This document shows, piece by piece, positions 37,452-48,082 of a stretch of 64,000 nt of DNA. Location: assembly GCA_040752555.1 (NCBI GenBank), contig JBFMGT010000001.1, positions 402,352-466,351 of the forward strand, written 5' to 3'. Each line of letters starts with the position of its first letter. Positions within the stretch are counted from its first letter, which is position 1. This DNA comes from Actinomycetota bacterium. Its GTDB lineage: Bacteria; Actinomycetota; Actinomycetes; Mycobacteriales; Mycobacteriaceae. Made by a program: the position numbers and the translations under genes. Under the pieces are notes generated by a model, which saw only the letters and a program-made list of their open reading frames with translations, was not told the DNA's origin and searched no databases.

Positions 37452-38813
37452 TCACGCCGGGGCGAGTGCCAACACCTCGTCAAAACCTTCGCGCAGGCAA
37501 TCCATGAACACGGGGAGGTCGGGGATGGCGCCGGAATCGACGTCGATTCCCAGGGCGCAGGTGTCGACGTAGGTCAGCAGCGTCACGTTCACCGCCGCGC
37601 CGATCGTGGGCCCAAACGCGTACTGTTTCAAGACGCTCGCCCCGCCCAGAGTGACCGGAACGGGAATGCCGGGCACATCGCTGCAGAGGAAGTCGACGTG
37701 GCGCAGAATCGACCCGATGTACCAGCGCGGCACCCGGTTCAGCACGCCCGCGATGAGTTGCGTGTGGGGTAACGACTTCTCGTTTCGGACCCGTGCCGTG
37801 GTCTCGTGAATGTGCCCGATTCGCTTGGCGGGATCGCTCTCGCCGACGGGAATGTCGAACCGCATCAACGTGATGCGGTTGCCGCCGGGTGCATCGTCTT
37901 CGGTGCGCAAACTGATCGGCATCGTCAGGTGGAGGATGGAGACCCCGACGTCATGCCGCTCGTGGTAGCGGCGCAGCCCCCCGGCCACCCCCGCCACGAA
38001 GGCATCGTTGAGTGCGCCTCCACCGCGGTGGGCCGCCTCCCGCAGCTGGGGCATCGGTATGTCGAGCACGTCGAGACGTCGCAGCAGGGTCCTTCGGCTC
38101 ATCAGCGCCGATCCTGTGCGGTTGACCGGGCGGACGGTCCGGTAGACCGAGGTGACCATTTCCGCGGCTGAGCGCGCGGTGCGCATCGGTGTTCGGGCGC
38201 TGTCGACGAGCAGTCGCGGCAATGCCGAGGCGACGCCGGTGGCGGCCTCGCCGATCAGGCCGGCGCCGTACCGCGCCGCCTCCGCGTAGTCATCGAGCAG
38301 GTTGTGCGCCCGCGCACCCGGCTCCACGTCGTCGGTCGCGGAAAGCTCGGTCAGGCCGAACAGTGTCATCGCGATCTGCACACCGCCCACCCCGTCGGAA
38401 AGTGCATGATGAAAGACGCACAACACCGCGGCGGCACCGTCCGGCAGGCCTTCGATCAGCGTGATCTTCCACAGCGGGCGGGCGCGGTCGAAGTCCTCCA
38501 TCTGCGCCAGACGGGCGAGCTCGAGGACATCGGAGAACGATCCCTTGGACGGTAATGCGGTTCGGCGCATGTGGAAGTCGAGATCGAAATCCGGGCAGTC
38601 CTGCCAGCGCGGCGGGGCGTACAGCGGCGTCTCCACCACCTGCTGACGCAACATCGGGAGCTGACGGCTCAAGTCGTCGACGCGTCGTCGCACGTCATCC
38701 CAGTCCGGCAGACGATCGAGCAGCATCACTGTCACCACGGTCGAGCGCAATCGCGGGTCGCTTTCCATCGACCATGTGAACGCGTCGCTGCTCCGCATGA
38801 ATTCGTTCATCAT
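37452..38813 (-). CDS. Wax ester synthase/DGAT (WS/DGAT)
   Basis: HHALSDG catalytic motif, DFDLDFH, RPLW. Confidence 0.92.
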   Translation of the reverse strand: MMNEFMRSSDAFTWSMESDPRLRSTVVTVMLLDRLPDWDDVRRRVDDLSRQLPMLRQQVVETPLYAPPRWQDCPDFDLDFHMRRTALPSKGSFSDVLELARLAQMEDFDRARPLWKITLIEGLPDGAAAVLCVFHHALSDGVGGVQIAMTLFGLTELSATDDVEPGARAHNLLDDYAEAARYGAGLIGEAATGVASALPRLLVDSARTPMRTARSAAEMVTSVYRTVRPVNRTGSALMSRRTLLRRLDVLDIPMPQLREAAHRGGGALNDAFVAGVAGGLRRYHERHDVGVSILHLTMPISLRTEDDAPGGNRITLMRFDIPVGESDPAKRIGHIHETTARVRNEKSLPHTQLIAGVLNRVPRWYIGSILRHVDFLCSDVPGIPVPVTLGGASVLKQYAFGPTIGAAVNVTLLTYVDTCALGIDVDSGAIPDLPVFMDCLREGFDEVLALAPA

Positions 38814-38970
38814 CAGCTCCTGCGGCCAACGTAAGACCAGCCAGGCCGTCGCAGGGCGGAACTGTCGGTGCTCGGGACGTTCTTCCCCTCAGGTGGTGAC
38901 CGAAGTCCGTACGCTGCAGGCCGACGTGCCCGTCACGGAGCGGCGGGGGTTCCGGCGTCAGGGGGAGCCG

Positions 38971-39510
38971 TCAGCCGTTCTGCACCTCGCCGGTGATGTC
39001 GTGCACCGCGCTGTCGTCGCGGTGGTCGTTCATGTTGCGGCATTCGCCGAAGATCCGCAGTGAGCCGCGCTCGGGATAGTTCCCGGGCCCGGCGATCGCC
39101 ATGACGCCGCCCTTGTGCGCGACTTCGCCGAACGGGTTGAGCCCCGGCGGCGGTCCGGGCGCCCAGCCGGGCTGGCGCGCCGCCGTCGCCGCGACCTGCT
39201 TGGCCATCGCCGCGCTCTCCGTCCCCGCCGGCACTTCATACGCCACGTCGACGCGGCCGTGGAACGGCGGCTCGCCTTGATCGTTGCACCATTCCCACTC
39301 GAACGTGGCATACGTGACGCGAAGATTCGCCGCGCGGGCGATCTGCTTGGCCGCGTCGACGACCTGCGCGCGAGCCTGTTCGTCGGGCAGGCCCTGCACC
39401 GACGGAGTGGCGGACGGGGTGTCTTTCGGTGGGGGAGACATCGATGAGCAACCTCCTGTGAGGGCGGCGACAACGACGAACGATGCTGCCGCGCAGAGTC
39501 GTAACCGCAT
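38971..39510 (-). CDS. LppJ-like lipoprotein
   Basis: Lipobox LTGGC; AKQI..A.L...CNDQGEPPF.G...GW..GPPPG...GECRN resembles recalled LppJ. Confidence 0.75.
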   Translation of the reverse strand: MRLRLCAAASFVVVAALTGGCSSMSPPPKDTPSATPSVQGLPDEQARAQVVDAAKQIARAANLRVTYATFEWEWCNDQGEPPFHGRVDVAYEVPAGTESAAMAKQVAATAARQPGWAPGPPPGLNPFGEVAHKGGVMAIAGPGNYPERGSLRIFGECRNMNDHRDDSAVHDITGEVQNG

Positions 39511-39511
39511 A

Positions 39512-41401
39512 TCAGTAGCCGTGGTCATTGGTGACAGTCTTTCCGGGCCGGTCCCATTCCGGGTCGTAGATGATCGGGGTCTGCACATCGACACCGGGTA
39601 TCGGAACCCGGCCGATGATGGGCACGTCGACCTCGCGAGGCGTGCTCACGGTCACCGGGTGGCGGTGCTCGGCGATCAAACCGTCGGTGACGAGTCGGTC
39701 GCTGTTTCCGGTGGCGATGTCGGTGATGCTGCGCAGCGATTCGCTACCGACCTTGTAATAGGTCGAATGGTCGGCGGGGTCGATGCCGTCGGAGCCCGCG
39801 ACTTCGGCGCGGAAGCGGGTCGATCCGAAGTCCTGCCCGGCCGGATCGGTACCGAGACCGGCCGAGGAACCGACCATGTTGCCCAACTGATCGTTCAGTG
39901 CGTTGGGCAGTCCGGGCCCGGCCTCGCCGAGCATGCCGACGGGATCGGTGGAGGCATCGCCGACGTAGACCTGCCCACCGTTGAGATGGAAATCGGCGGC
40001 GCTGCGGGCCGCATCCGTGCCGGGGCACCCCAGCAGCACAGCGTCGTTGGCCTGCATACCGCTGCGCGCGAACGCATCCGCGACCGTCGTCGAACCGTAG
40101 GAGTGCCCGATGACCGTCGTGTGTTGCGGCACGCTGGGATCGTGCGTGACGCCCAGGCTGTTGACGTCCCACGCCAGCGCGTCGCCACCGGTGCGGGCGA
40201 GGCCCGGGGTGGCGATGTTCGGGTCGGTGAAACTCTCGGGTGTGTCGTAGCCCATCCATGACATCACCGCCGTGGGGCTGTCGGGGTCGGCGGCCAGTGA
40301 CTGGTCGTAGAGGTTGCGCGCATCGTTGTGCCCGTCAGAGAGCCAACCGTCGCGCACGCTGGAGCCGGTGCCCGGGACGATGACGGCGGTGTTGGCGGCC
40401 TTGTCCGGATTGCCGATCGAGATGGCCGCCCGCCCCTTGCCGTCGAAAGCCGTTGGCTCGTAAGCCCAGAGCATCGTCGGCCGCAAGTTGCGGTCCATGC
40501 GCTCCTGCGCGCTGATGTCGCTGTAGCGGCGGTTGTTGCGTTCGTCGCCGTCGACCCCCATCTGGTGCAGCAAACCGTCCTGGGTTCGCTTCGCGTTGTC
40601 GTAGCGCATGACGTCGTCGCGGGACAGCCCGAACCGCCCGGGGTCGGACTTCACGTCGTCGACCGAGACGCCGTGCTGCTGTGCGGCGTGCTCGACTCGG
40701 TCGAGGTCGTCGTCCATCACCGCGACGTTGACCTGGTCGCGCACCTCGGCCGGGAGTCCGTTCAGGTTGCCCAGGATCGGGGGATGCTGCGCGATCAGCT
40801 CCTGGCGCTGCTGCTCGGTGAGGCTGTCCCACCACTGTTTGACGTCCTGCGGGGCGGTGTCCATCGACGGGATCGGCACCTCCTGACCGCCGACGGTGAC
40901 CGTCGGGTTGTCCAGGTTCGGGCCGTCGGCCTGATCGATTGCCGCCGCGGTGTTCTCGTCGAGGTCGGTGAACAGCTGCAGGATCTTCTTCAGCATCGTC
41001 GTGCAGTTGTCGGCGATGCTGTGCAGGAAGCGCCCCACCAACCACTGCTCGGGGGTCACGGTGCCGTCGTCGGCGACCGCGAAACCCATTTTCTCCAGGG
41101 ACGAGACGAGGTTCAGCAGCGCGTCCCGCAGCGCGCCCATCTGCAGACCGGCATTCTGCAGCGCAGACTGCAGCTGCTGCAGACGCATCGCGGTGCGCTC
41201 CTGGATCGCGATGTCCCTCAGACCGCGTGCGATGGCAGCCTCGGCGGCCGCGCCTTTCCAGTGGTCCTGCAGGCGGGACAGCGTCTCCCGCTCACCGGCG
41301 ATGACGGTCTGGACCTCGGAGTACGTGCGCCCGAGTTCAGTGGCCGCGTCGACCAGCTTGCCCGGTTGCGTCCCCCTGACCACCGATATCGATACCGGCA
41401 T
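39512..41401 (-). CDS. WXG100-like N-domain + alpha/beta hydrolase (DUF1023/Rv2079-like)
   Basis: WKGAAAEAA in helical N-term; WMGYDTP, GHSYG, GCPG, DHSTY. Confidence 0.82.
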   Translation of the reverse strand: MPVSISVVRGTQPGKLVDAATELGRTYSEVQTVIAGERETLSRLQDHWKGAAAEAAIARGLRDIAIQERTAMRLQQLQSALQNAGLQMGALRDALLNLVSSLEKMGFAVADDGTVTPEQWLVGRFLHSIADNCTTMLKKILQLFTDLDENTAAAIDQADGPNLDNPTVTVGGQEVPIPSMDTAPQDVKQWWDSLTEQQRQELIAQHPPILGNLNGLPAEVRDQVNVAVMDDDLDRVEHAAQQHGVSVDDVKSDPGRFGLSRDDVMRYDNAKRTQDGLLHQMGVDGDERNNRRYSDISAQERMDRNLRPTMLWAYEPTAFDGKGRAAISIGNPDKAANTAVIVPGTGSSVRDGWLSDGHNDARNLYDQSLAADPDSPTAVMSWMGYDTPESFTDPNIATPGLARTGGDALAWDVNSLGVTHDPSVPQHTTVIGHSYGSTTVADAFARSGMQANDAVLLGCPGTDAARSAADFHLNGGQVYVGDASTDPVGMLGEAGPGLPNALNDQLGNMVGSSAGLGTDPAGQDFGSTRFRAEVAGSDGIDPADHSTYYKVGSESLRSITDIATGNSDRLVTDGLIAEHRHPVTVSTPREVDVPIIGRVPIPGVDVQTPIIYDPEWDRPGKTVTNDHGY

Positions 41402-41558
41402 GACCCTCCACTCCTCGCCGAGTCGATGGTGTCACACCCTCAGTGCCCTCCGTGGAGTCATATCGCCGTGCCCGCGGAGTTGGGATCGGTAGCCCGCCGG
41501 CCTCGGTGTACTCGTCGCATCCACCATCCGGTGGGCACTGGACGAAAAGGAACCGGCC

Positions 41559-42374
41559 GTGAGCATCACCACCATCAGCCGCAGCCTGCTCCCCGCGGCT
41601 GTGCGGGGCACCCGCTTCACGGGGCTCTACGCCTTGAAGCCGTGGTTCACCGGACGGCTGACCCCGATCATCGACGCGGCCGTCGCGCGACGCATCTCGC
41701 CGGACGTGTTCACCGCGGCCGGCGTGGTGGCGGCCGGGGCGGCCGGAACCGCCATCGCGTTCGGCTCCTGGCCGTTGGCGGCGGTCTTCATGGTGCTCCG
41801 CCTCGCGGGCGCCAACCTCGACGGAGCCGTCGCCCGCGCCCGCGGCGTGAGCAGGCCGTGGGGATTCGTCGTCAACGAACTCGGAGATCGCACCGCCGAC
41901 CTGCTCGGCTTCGCCGGCCTGGCGGTCTGGGCCGCGCGCCAACACGGTCCCGGACTGCAGTGGCTGTCCTGGCCGGTGCTGCAGGTTCTGCTGGCCGCCC
42001 TGGCCGCCACACTGCCGACCTTCGCCTCGCTGGCCGTCGCCGCGGCCGGACTCACGCGCCGCAACGGCGGACCGCTCGGCAAGACCGAACGCTGCCTGTT
42101 CCTGGTACTCGCGACGGCATTCCCGGTCCTGCTGCCGATCCTGCTGGCGCAACTGGTGAACGGATCGCTGCTCACCACCGTGCTGCGACTGCGCGCCGCC
42201 CATCGCGAACTCAAGGCCCAGCGCGCGCAGGCTCTCGTCGACGCCCAGTTCGACGCCATCACCCAGCCGTTCACCGCCGCGCACCGACGGTTCACCGCAG
42301 TCACCCAGCGCATCGCCCGCGTCGCTCATCCGTACGAGGCCGTGACCCGGCCGATGGCCGAGGTGGCCGCATGA
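41559..42374 (+). CDS. CDP-alcohol phosphatidyltransferase (YnbA-like)
   Basis: NLDGAVAR...G...NELGD...D, GPLGKTER. Confidence 0.88.
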   Translation: MSITTISRSLLPAAVRGTRFTGLYALKPWFTGRLTPIIDAAVARRISPDVFTAAGVVAAGAAGTAIAFGSWPLAAVFMVLRLAGANLDGAVARARGVSRPWGFVVNELGDRTADLLGFAGLAVWAARQHGPGLQWLSWPVLQVLLAALAATLPTFASLAVAAAGLTRRNGGPLGKTERCLFLVLATAFPVLLPILLAQLVNGSLLTTVLRLRAAHRELKAQRAQALVDAQFDAITQPFTAAHRRFTAVTQRIARVAHPYEAVTRPMAEVAA

Positions 42375-42988
42375 TCGCCGCCGCGCTCCGGCACTGGCTC
42401 TGGCGGACGGTGTGCGCCGCCTCGGGTGGGCTCACCGTGACCGGGCAGTGGACCGTCCAGGGCGGCTGCATCGTCGTCGCCAATCACTCCTCGCACGCCG
42501 ACACCGCGGTCCTGGTGGCCGCGCTTCCTGCCGGCGCCCGTCCCGTCTTCGGGGCCGCTGCCGACTACTGGTTCGCGGTTCCGGTGCGACGGCTCATCGC
42601 CACGTCCCTGATCGGGGTGCTGCCGGTGCGTCGCAGCGGCGACGGCAACTACGACGCGCTGTTGACCGCCGCCGGGCCTGCCCTTCGGGCGGGACGTACC
42701 GTCGTCCTCTATCCCGAGGGCACCCGCTCGACCGACGGCAGCATCGGCGAATTCCGCTCTGGCGCAGTCCGGTTGGCGCGTGACTGCAACGTGCCGATCG
42801 TCTCTGTCGCGATCACCGGGACTGCCGACGTGCTGCCGAAGGACGGTCACTTTGCGCCAGGGCCCATGCAGGTGCGTCTCGGGGCTCCGGTCGACCCGTT
42901 CACCGTCACGGCCGCGCAATTGCGCTCGCAAGTGCTGGAGCTGCGCGGCGATGTGGTGGCCGACGACCGTTACCTTCTGGCGTCCTGA
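42371..42988 (+). CDS. Lysophospholipid acyltransferase (PlsC-like)
   Basis: NHSSHAD, YPEGTRS; ATGA overlap. Confidence 0.92.
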   Translation: MIAAALRHWLWRTVCAASGGLTVTGQWTVQGGCIVVANHSSHADTAVLVAALPAGARPVFGAAADYWFAVPVRRLIATSLIGVLPVRRSGDGNYDALLTAAGPALRAGRTVVLYPEGTRSTDGSIGEFRSGAVRLARDCNVPIVSVAITGTADVLPKDGHFAPGPMQVRLGAPVDPFTVTAAQLRSQVLELRGDVVADDRYLLAS

Positions 42989-43000
42989 CGGCGTGTCGTA

Positions 43001-43888
43001 ATGACCACCCTCCACCTGGATCGCCGGATGCCGCTCGACATCGATCTCGGCCCCCTGCACCTCCACCTGTACTCGCGCGCTGTGTTCCTGATGTGGGTGA
43101 CGGTGGCCGTCCTGGCGATTGCCGGTGTGGCCGTTCTGATTTCCCGCAGGTCGGAGTTGGTGCAAAAGTGGCGCACCTGGGTGCTGATCGCCCCTGCTGT
43201 CGGCGTGCCGGTGTGGTTCGGCCCCGGTACGACCGCGGCGTTGGCGGCGGCACTGGCCGTCGTCGCGGTGCTCGAGTACGTGCGGCTGGCGAAGCTGGGC
43301 CGGGCCGACGCGGTTCTTCTGGTCGTGCTGGCGGTGGCATATCCGCTGGCTGCGTGGCTGCGCCCGTCGCTTCTGTATGCCGCGCCGGCGGTGGTGCTGC
43401 TGTGCGCGGTCCCGTCAGTGCTGGCAGGCGACGTCGAGAGCGGCGCCAAGCGCGCCGCGTTCGTCGGGTTCGGTTCGGTGTGGATCTGCTGGTCGCTCTC
43501 GCACCTCGTGATGGTGTGGCCGGACAGTTATCTGCTGTGCCTGGCGGTCGCAGCAACCGACGTCGCTGCATGGTGCGGCGGAAAAGCACTGCGCTGCATG
43601 CGATGGGCGCGCCGACCGCTGTCCCCGCTGAGTCCCAACAAGACGGTCGGCGGGATGGTCGGCGCGATCATCGGCGCCGCTCTCATCCTGACTCTGCTCG
43701 GCACCCTGTCCGTCGGGCTGCTCATTGCCGTCGCGCTCGGCGGCGTGTTCGGTGACCTGCTCGAGTCCATGCTCAAGCGCCAGGCTCAGGTCAAAGATGC
43801 CGGCAATTGGCTGCCCGGGTTCGGCGGCCTGCTCGACCGTATCGACTCCCTTCTCGTCGTCCTTCCCCTTGCCTACTTCCTCGGATGA
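43001..43888 (+). CDS. Phosphatidate cytidylyltransferase (YnbB/CdsA-like)
   Basis: [38 protein letters not shown]. Confidence 0.92.
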   Translation: MTTLHLDRRMPLDIDLGPLHLHLYSRAVFLMWVTVAVLAIAGVAVLISRRSELVQKWRTWVLIAPAVGVPVWFGPGTTAALAAALAVVAVLEYVRLAKLGRADAVLLVVLAVAYPLAAWLRPSLLYAAPAVVLLCAVPSVLAGDVESGAKRAAFVGFGSVWICWSLSHLVMVWPDSYLLCLAVAATDVAAWCGGKALRCMRWARRPLSPLSPNKTVGGMVGAIIGAALILTLLGTLSVGLLIAVALGGVFGDLLESMLKRQAQVKDAGNWLPGFGGLLDRIDSLLVVLPLAYFLG

Positions 43889-43898
43889 AAGAGCTGAC

Positions 43899-45560
43899 AT
43901 GACCCAGTGCGTGACCGCGACCCGCGGCCTGAACCTGCGCGACGTCACCGTTGTCGCCGACGAAACCGTGCTGTTGCAGCGGGTTTCGCTGCAGGCACGG
44001 CCCGGCACGCTCACCGCGGTGATCGGTCCTTCGGGTGCGGGCAAGTCGACCCTGGCCAAGGTGATCGCCGGTGCAGTTCGACCCGCCACGGGCACGGTGG
44101 CCTTGCATGCGCGCGACGTGCGGGATTCGCGTGACGACATCGGAATGGTGCCCCAGGGTGACGTCGTGCACGGACGGCTCACGGTCGCACAGGCGCTGCA
44201 GTTCGCCGCGGAACTGCGGATGGCCGCCGACACCGGCGCCGGGGACCGGGCGTGGGCGATCGCCGCGGTGCTCGAGGAACTCGAGTTGACCTCGCATGCC
44301 GCCACGCGCATCGAATCCCTGTCGGGCGGTCAGCGTAAGCGGGTGTCGGTGGCGATCGAATTGCTCACCGAACCCGGCCTTCTCGTGTTGGACGAACCGA
44401 CGACCGGGCTCGATCCCGCCCTGGACCGGTCGGTGATGGCGATGCTGCGCCGCCTGGCCGATGCGGGCCGCGTCGTCGTGGTGGTGACGCACTCGTTGTC
44501 GTTCCTGGACGTGTGCGATCAGGTGCTGATGCTCGCCCCCGGCGGGAAGACGGTGTTCGTCGGAGCGCCCGAGCAGATCAATTCCTTTCTGGGTGGCGCG
44601 GATTGGGCCGACATCTTCGCCACGGTGTGCGCTGATGCCGACAGTCTGCATCGACGATTCCTGCAGCGGCGCGCCAGGCAGGAGGCCGAGACCGTGTGCC
44701 TAGCCGTCGGCGCACCGGCGGTGTCCGACCGTCTGCGGCCGGGCCTGTGGCGGCAGACGTCGACCCTGGTGCGGCGCCAGGTCCGCTTGCTCCTGGGGAA
44801 CCGGGGCTACCTCGCGTTCCTGGCGGTGTTGCCGTTCCTCGTGGGTCTGCTGCCGTTGACCGTCGCCGGCGACAGCGGGTTGGGCGCATTGCCGGCGCCC
44901 GGCGCGCCACCGTTCGAGGCCAAGCACGTGATCGCATTGACGAGCTTCGCGGCGATCCTGATGGGCGCGACGCTGACGGTCCGCGACCTCGTGGGCGAAC
45001 GTGCGGTGTACCGGCGCGAGCAGGCGGCGGGACTGTCCGCTACGGCCTATCTGATGGCGAAGGCGTTGGTGTTCGGTGGGGTCGCTGTGCTGCAGTCCGC
45101 GGTCCTCGTGGCGATCGTGATCGCGCCGGCAATCGGCAAGCCCGGTCCGTCGAGTGCGGTCGTGCTCGGAAGCGCGACGGTCGAACTGCTTGCCGGTGTC
45201 GCGGCGACCTCGGTGGTGGCCGTATTGATGGGGCTGACGATTTCGGCCGTGGCGCGGACGGGTGACCAGGTGATCGTGCTGTTGGCGATCGCGCTGATGG
45301 CGCAGCTGGTGCTGGCCGGCGGGTTCATCCCGGTGACGGGCCGGCCGGTGATGGAAACCCTCGCGTGGATCATGCCGGGGCGGTGGGGGTTCGCGGCCAC
45401 CGCGTCGACGGCAGACGTGACGCGCCTGGTCGCCGGTATCGCCGACGATGTGCATTGGCAACACACGGCGAGTGCGTGGCTGGTGAACATGGCGATGCTG
45501 GGAGTGCTCGGCGTGCTCTTCGCCGCCGCCGCGCGGTGGCGGCTTCGGGCACGACTGTGA
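43899..45560 (+). CDS. Fused ABC transporter ATPase/permease (Rv1747-like, no FHA domains)
   Basis: GPSGAGKS, LSGGQ, LDEPTTGLDP, then ABC2 TM domain with RW.FAA.ASTAD. Confidence 0.88.
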   Translation: MTQCVTATRGLNLRDVTVVADETVLLQRVSLQARPGTLTAVIGPSGAGKSTLAKVIAGAVRPATGTVALHARDVRDSRDDIGMVPQGDVVHGRLTVAQALQFAAELRMAADTGAGDRAWAIAAVLEELELTSHAATRIESLSGGQRKRVSVAIELLTEPGLLVLDEPTTGLDPALDRSVMAMLRRLADAGRVVVVVTHSLSFLDVCDQVLMLAPGGKTVFVGAPEQINSFLGGADWADIFATVCADADSLHRRFLQRRARQEAETVCLAVGAPAVSDRLRPGLWRQTSTLVRRQVRLLLGNRGYLAFLAVLPFLVGLLPLTVAGDSGLGALPAPGAPPFEAKHVIALTSFAAILMGATLTVRDLVGERAVYRREQAAGLSATAYLMAKALVFGGVAVLQSAVLVAIVIAPAIGKPGPSSAVVLGSATVELLAGVAATSVVAVLMGLTISAVARTGDQVIVLLAIALMAQLVLAGGFIPVTGRPVMETLAWIMPGRWGFAATASTADVTRLVAGIADDVHWQHTASAWLVNMAMLGVLGVLFAAAARWRLRARL

Positions 45561-45640
45561 GTTGTCCCCAGAGCCGTTTTCATCCCCAGCTTTTTGGTTC
45601 GCGACAGTGAATTGTCGGGTGGTTCTGGGAGATTGGGGTC

Positions 45641-46856
45641 ATGTTCCCGCGCAGTTCGTTGGCCATCGGTGAGCGGTTGTCGGTGTTGTTCGACGAGCTC
45701 GCGGAGTTGACGGGGCAGCGTAACGCGATCGACGGGCGGATCGTGGAGATCTTCGCCGAGATCGACCGCGACCAGTTGTGGGCCGCCGCCGGGGCCCGCT
45801 CGACGGCCGGGCTGGTGGCGTGGAAGGCCGGGGTGTCGCCGTCGCGGGCTCAGACGATCGCGGCGATCGCGCACCGCTACGACGAATTCCCTTCCTGTGT
45901 GCAGGGGTTGGCGCAGGGCCGGTTCTCCGTGGACCAGGTCGGGGTGATCGCCGAGCATGGGCTGCCCGGCTCTGACGAGCACTTCGCCACCATGGCCCAG
46001 ACTGCAACGGTCGCCCAGCTGCGCACCGCGCTGAAGATGCAACCCGACCCCGAACCCCATCCGCACCCCGTGGATCCGGGGCCGGTCCCGTCAATCACCT
46101 CCACCTCCAATGACCAGTACACCTACTGGCAGCTCGCGCTGCCCCATGTCGAGAACGCCGCGTTCGAAGCCGCGCTGGCGTCGCATCGCGATGCGCTGAT
46201 CGCCGACTGGAAAGCCACAGACCCCGACGGGCGGGCGCCGATACCGGGTGCGGCGGCGTTCCTGCGGCTAGTCGACGCGAGCTGGGATGCCGAGGCTGCC
46301 GCGCGTCCGCACGGGCAACGCACCACCGTCGTGGTGCACATCGACGTAGCCACCCGAGTGGCCGCGCTGCACCTGGGACCCGTTCTGCCCGAGCGTGATC
46401 GCCGCTATCTCACCTGTGATGCCACCTGCGAGGTGTGGTTTCGCCGCGACGGACAGGTGATCGGGGCCGGCCGATCGGCCCGCACCGTGAACCGGCGGTT
46501 ACGCCGCGCGCTGGAACACCGCGACCGCGCCTGCGTGGTGCCCGGCTGCGGGGGCCACCCGAGCGCTGCACGCGCACCACCTGGTGCACTGGGAGGACGG
46601 CGGCCCCACCGAACTGTGGAACCTGGCACTGGTGTGTCCGTATCACCACCGGGCGCATCACCGCGGCCTGATCACGATCACCGGCCCCGCCGACCACCTC
46701 GTCGTCACCGACGCCGCCGGAAGATCCCTGAGCTCAGCCTCGCTGGCCCGACCACCCACCCAACCGCCACTGGACGTACCCCCGTGCCCAGGCCCGACCG
46801 GCGAACGCGCACAGTGGTGGTGGTACCAACCCTACGAACCCCGCCCACCCATCTAG
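45641..46856 (+). pseudogene. DUF222/HNH endonuclease (REP13E12-like), frameshifted
   Basis: Frame 1 ends RDRACVVPGCG; HNH part HAHHLVHW..GGPT...NL..VCPYHH is in another frame; G5 run at 46550-46554. Confidence 0.85.
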
Positions 46857-46880
46857 CGGTCGCGCGAGGGCAATCCGCGA

Positions 46881-47462
46881 TCAGGACGCGGGTGCGCCGG
46901 TGTGGGACGGGGCGAGAAGGCGGGTGGAGAGCTCGACCAGGGTTCGCTGCAATTCGCCGTCGTCGACGTCCGACAGGTCGGGATCGGCGGCGACCCGGCA
47001 GACACCGGAGAGGAACACCCTGAGGGCGATCCGGTCGGCCACGCATGGCTGCGGTCCTTCGAGCAGCTCCTGCAGACGGTCGGTGACCACGCTGAATTCT
47101 GGTTCGTCGCGCACCAATTGGTCGACCGCGGGGTCGCCGTAGAACAGGACCGACAGCTGCCGGTACCTGACCACCATCTCGATCAGGCCACTGACCAACA
47201 CCTCGCGGCGGCGATGCATGTCGGGAAGAACTTCCGCGATCCGGATGACCCTGGCCATGTCCTCGATCGAGGGCCGCAACACTTCCAGCGCGATGTCTTC
47301 TTTCGAGCGGAACTGGTAGTAGACCGCCGCCTTGCTCACCCCGATGCGGTCGGCGATCATCTGCAGCGACGTTCCGTGTATGCCGTGCTCGACGAACAAC
47401 GTGAGGGCAGCGTCGAGCACCCGCTGCCGCGCCAAGCCGCGCGGAGCCGTGGGTCGCGCCAT
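46881..47462 (-). CDS. TetR family regulator divergent from mmpS-mmpL
   Basis: GTSLQMIADRIGVSKAAVYYQF. Confidence 0.92.
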   Translation of the reverse strand: MARPTAPRGLARQRVLDAALTLFVEHGIHGTSLQMIADRIGVSKAAVYYQFRSKEDIALEVLRPSIEDMARVIRIAEVLPDMHRRREVLVSGLIEMVVRYRQLSVLFYGDPAVDQLVRDEPEFSVVTDRLQELLEGPQPCVADRIALRVFLSGVCRVAADPDLSDVDDGELQRTLVELSTRLLAPSHTGAPAS

Positions 47463-47556
47463 CCGTTCGTCCTTCGTGTCGAGCCGATTACGTGCACAAC
47501 AATAACGCCCGATCCCGGCGGCGACGGCAACTTCACCTGACTCTACGGCTCGATAA

Positions 47557-47576
47557 AGCTAGCCGATCGGCTTGCT
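47557..47576. promoter_or_regulatory. Palindrome AGCTAGCCGA/TCGGCTTGCT, putative TetR operator
   Basis: 9/10 dyad; partial repeat CTAGCCGA at ~47604. Confidence 0.65.
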
Positions 47577-47647
47577 CAAATTAGTTACCGCATCTATGTT
47601 TGCCTAGCCGAGCAATTGACGTGTTGTGCGGCGGTGAAGGGGCGTAC

Positions 47648-48082
47648 ATGGTCGGGATCATCAGGCGGGCGTGGTTGCCGCTGCTCATCGTCGCGGTGAT
47701 CGCCATCGCGGCCACCGTGGTGTACCGCATGCACGGGTTCTTCGGTTCGAACAACGAAACGACTCGACCCGGCGCCGGTCTTGCCCAGGACGCGGAACCC
47801 TTCAACCCCAAGGTGGTCACCTACGAGATCACAGGGCCGACAGGAACGGTGGCGAACATCAACTACCTCGACCTCGACGCGACGCCGCACCGTGTCGACA
47901 ACGCGCCACTGCCATGGTCGCTCACCTTGAAGACCACCAAACCTTCGGCGAGCGCCACGATCATCGCGCAAGGCGACGGTGACAGCATCGGCTGTCGAGT
48001 CCTCGTCGACGACGAGGTGCGCGATCAGCAAGCGTCCGCCGGCGTCAACGCACAGACGTCCTGCCTGGTGAAATCCCTGTGA
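47648..48082 (+). CDS. mmpS: MmpS family membrane protein
   Basis: [40 protein letters not shown]. Confidence 0.93.
   Translation: MVGIIRRAWLPLLIVAVIAIAATVVYRMHGFFGSNNETTRPGAGLAQDAEPFNPKVVTYEITGPTGTVANINYLDLDATPHRVDNAPLPWSLTLKTTKPSASATIIAQGDGDSIGCRVLVDDEVRDQQASAGVNAQTSCLVKSL

Noticed and set aside
40328-42988. 886-aa ORF
   Set aside because: Only the last ~205 aa (from 42371) carry acyltransferase motifs; the rest is an antisense/off-frame shadow of real genes in GC-rich DNA
46556-47023. C-terminal tail of ORF 45641..47023
   Set aside because: Arg/Pro-rich read-through after the frameshift; overlaps the convergent TetR
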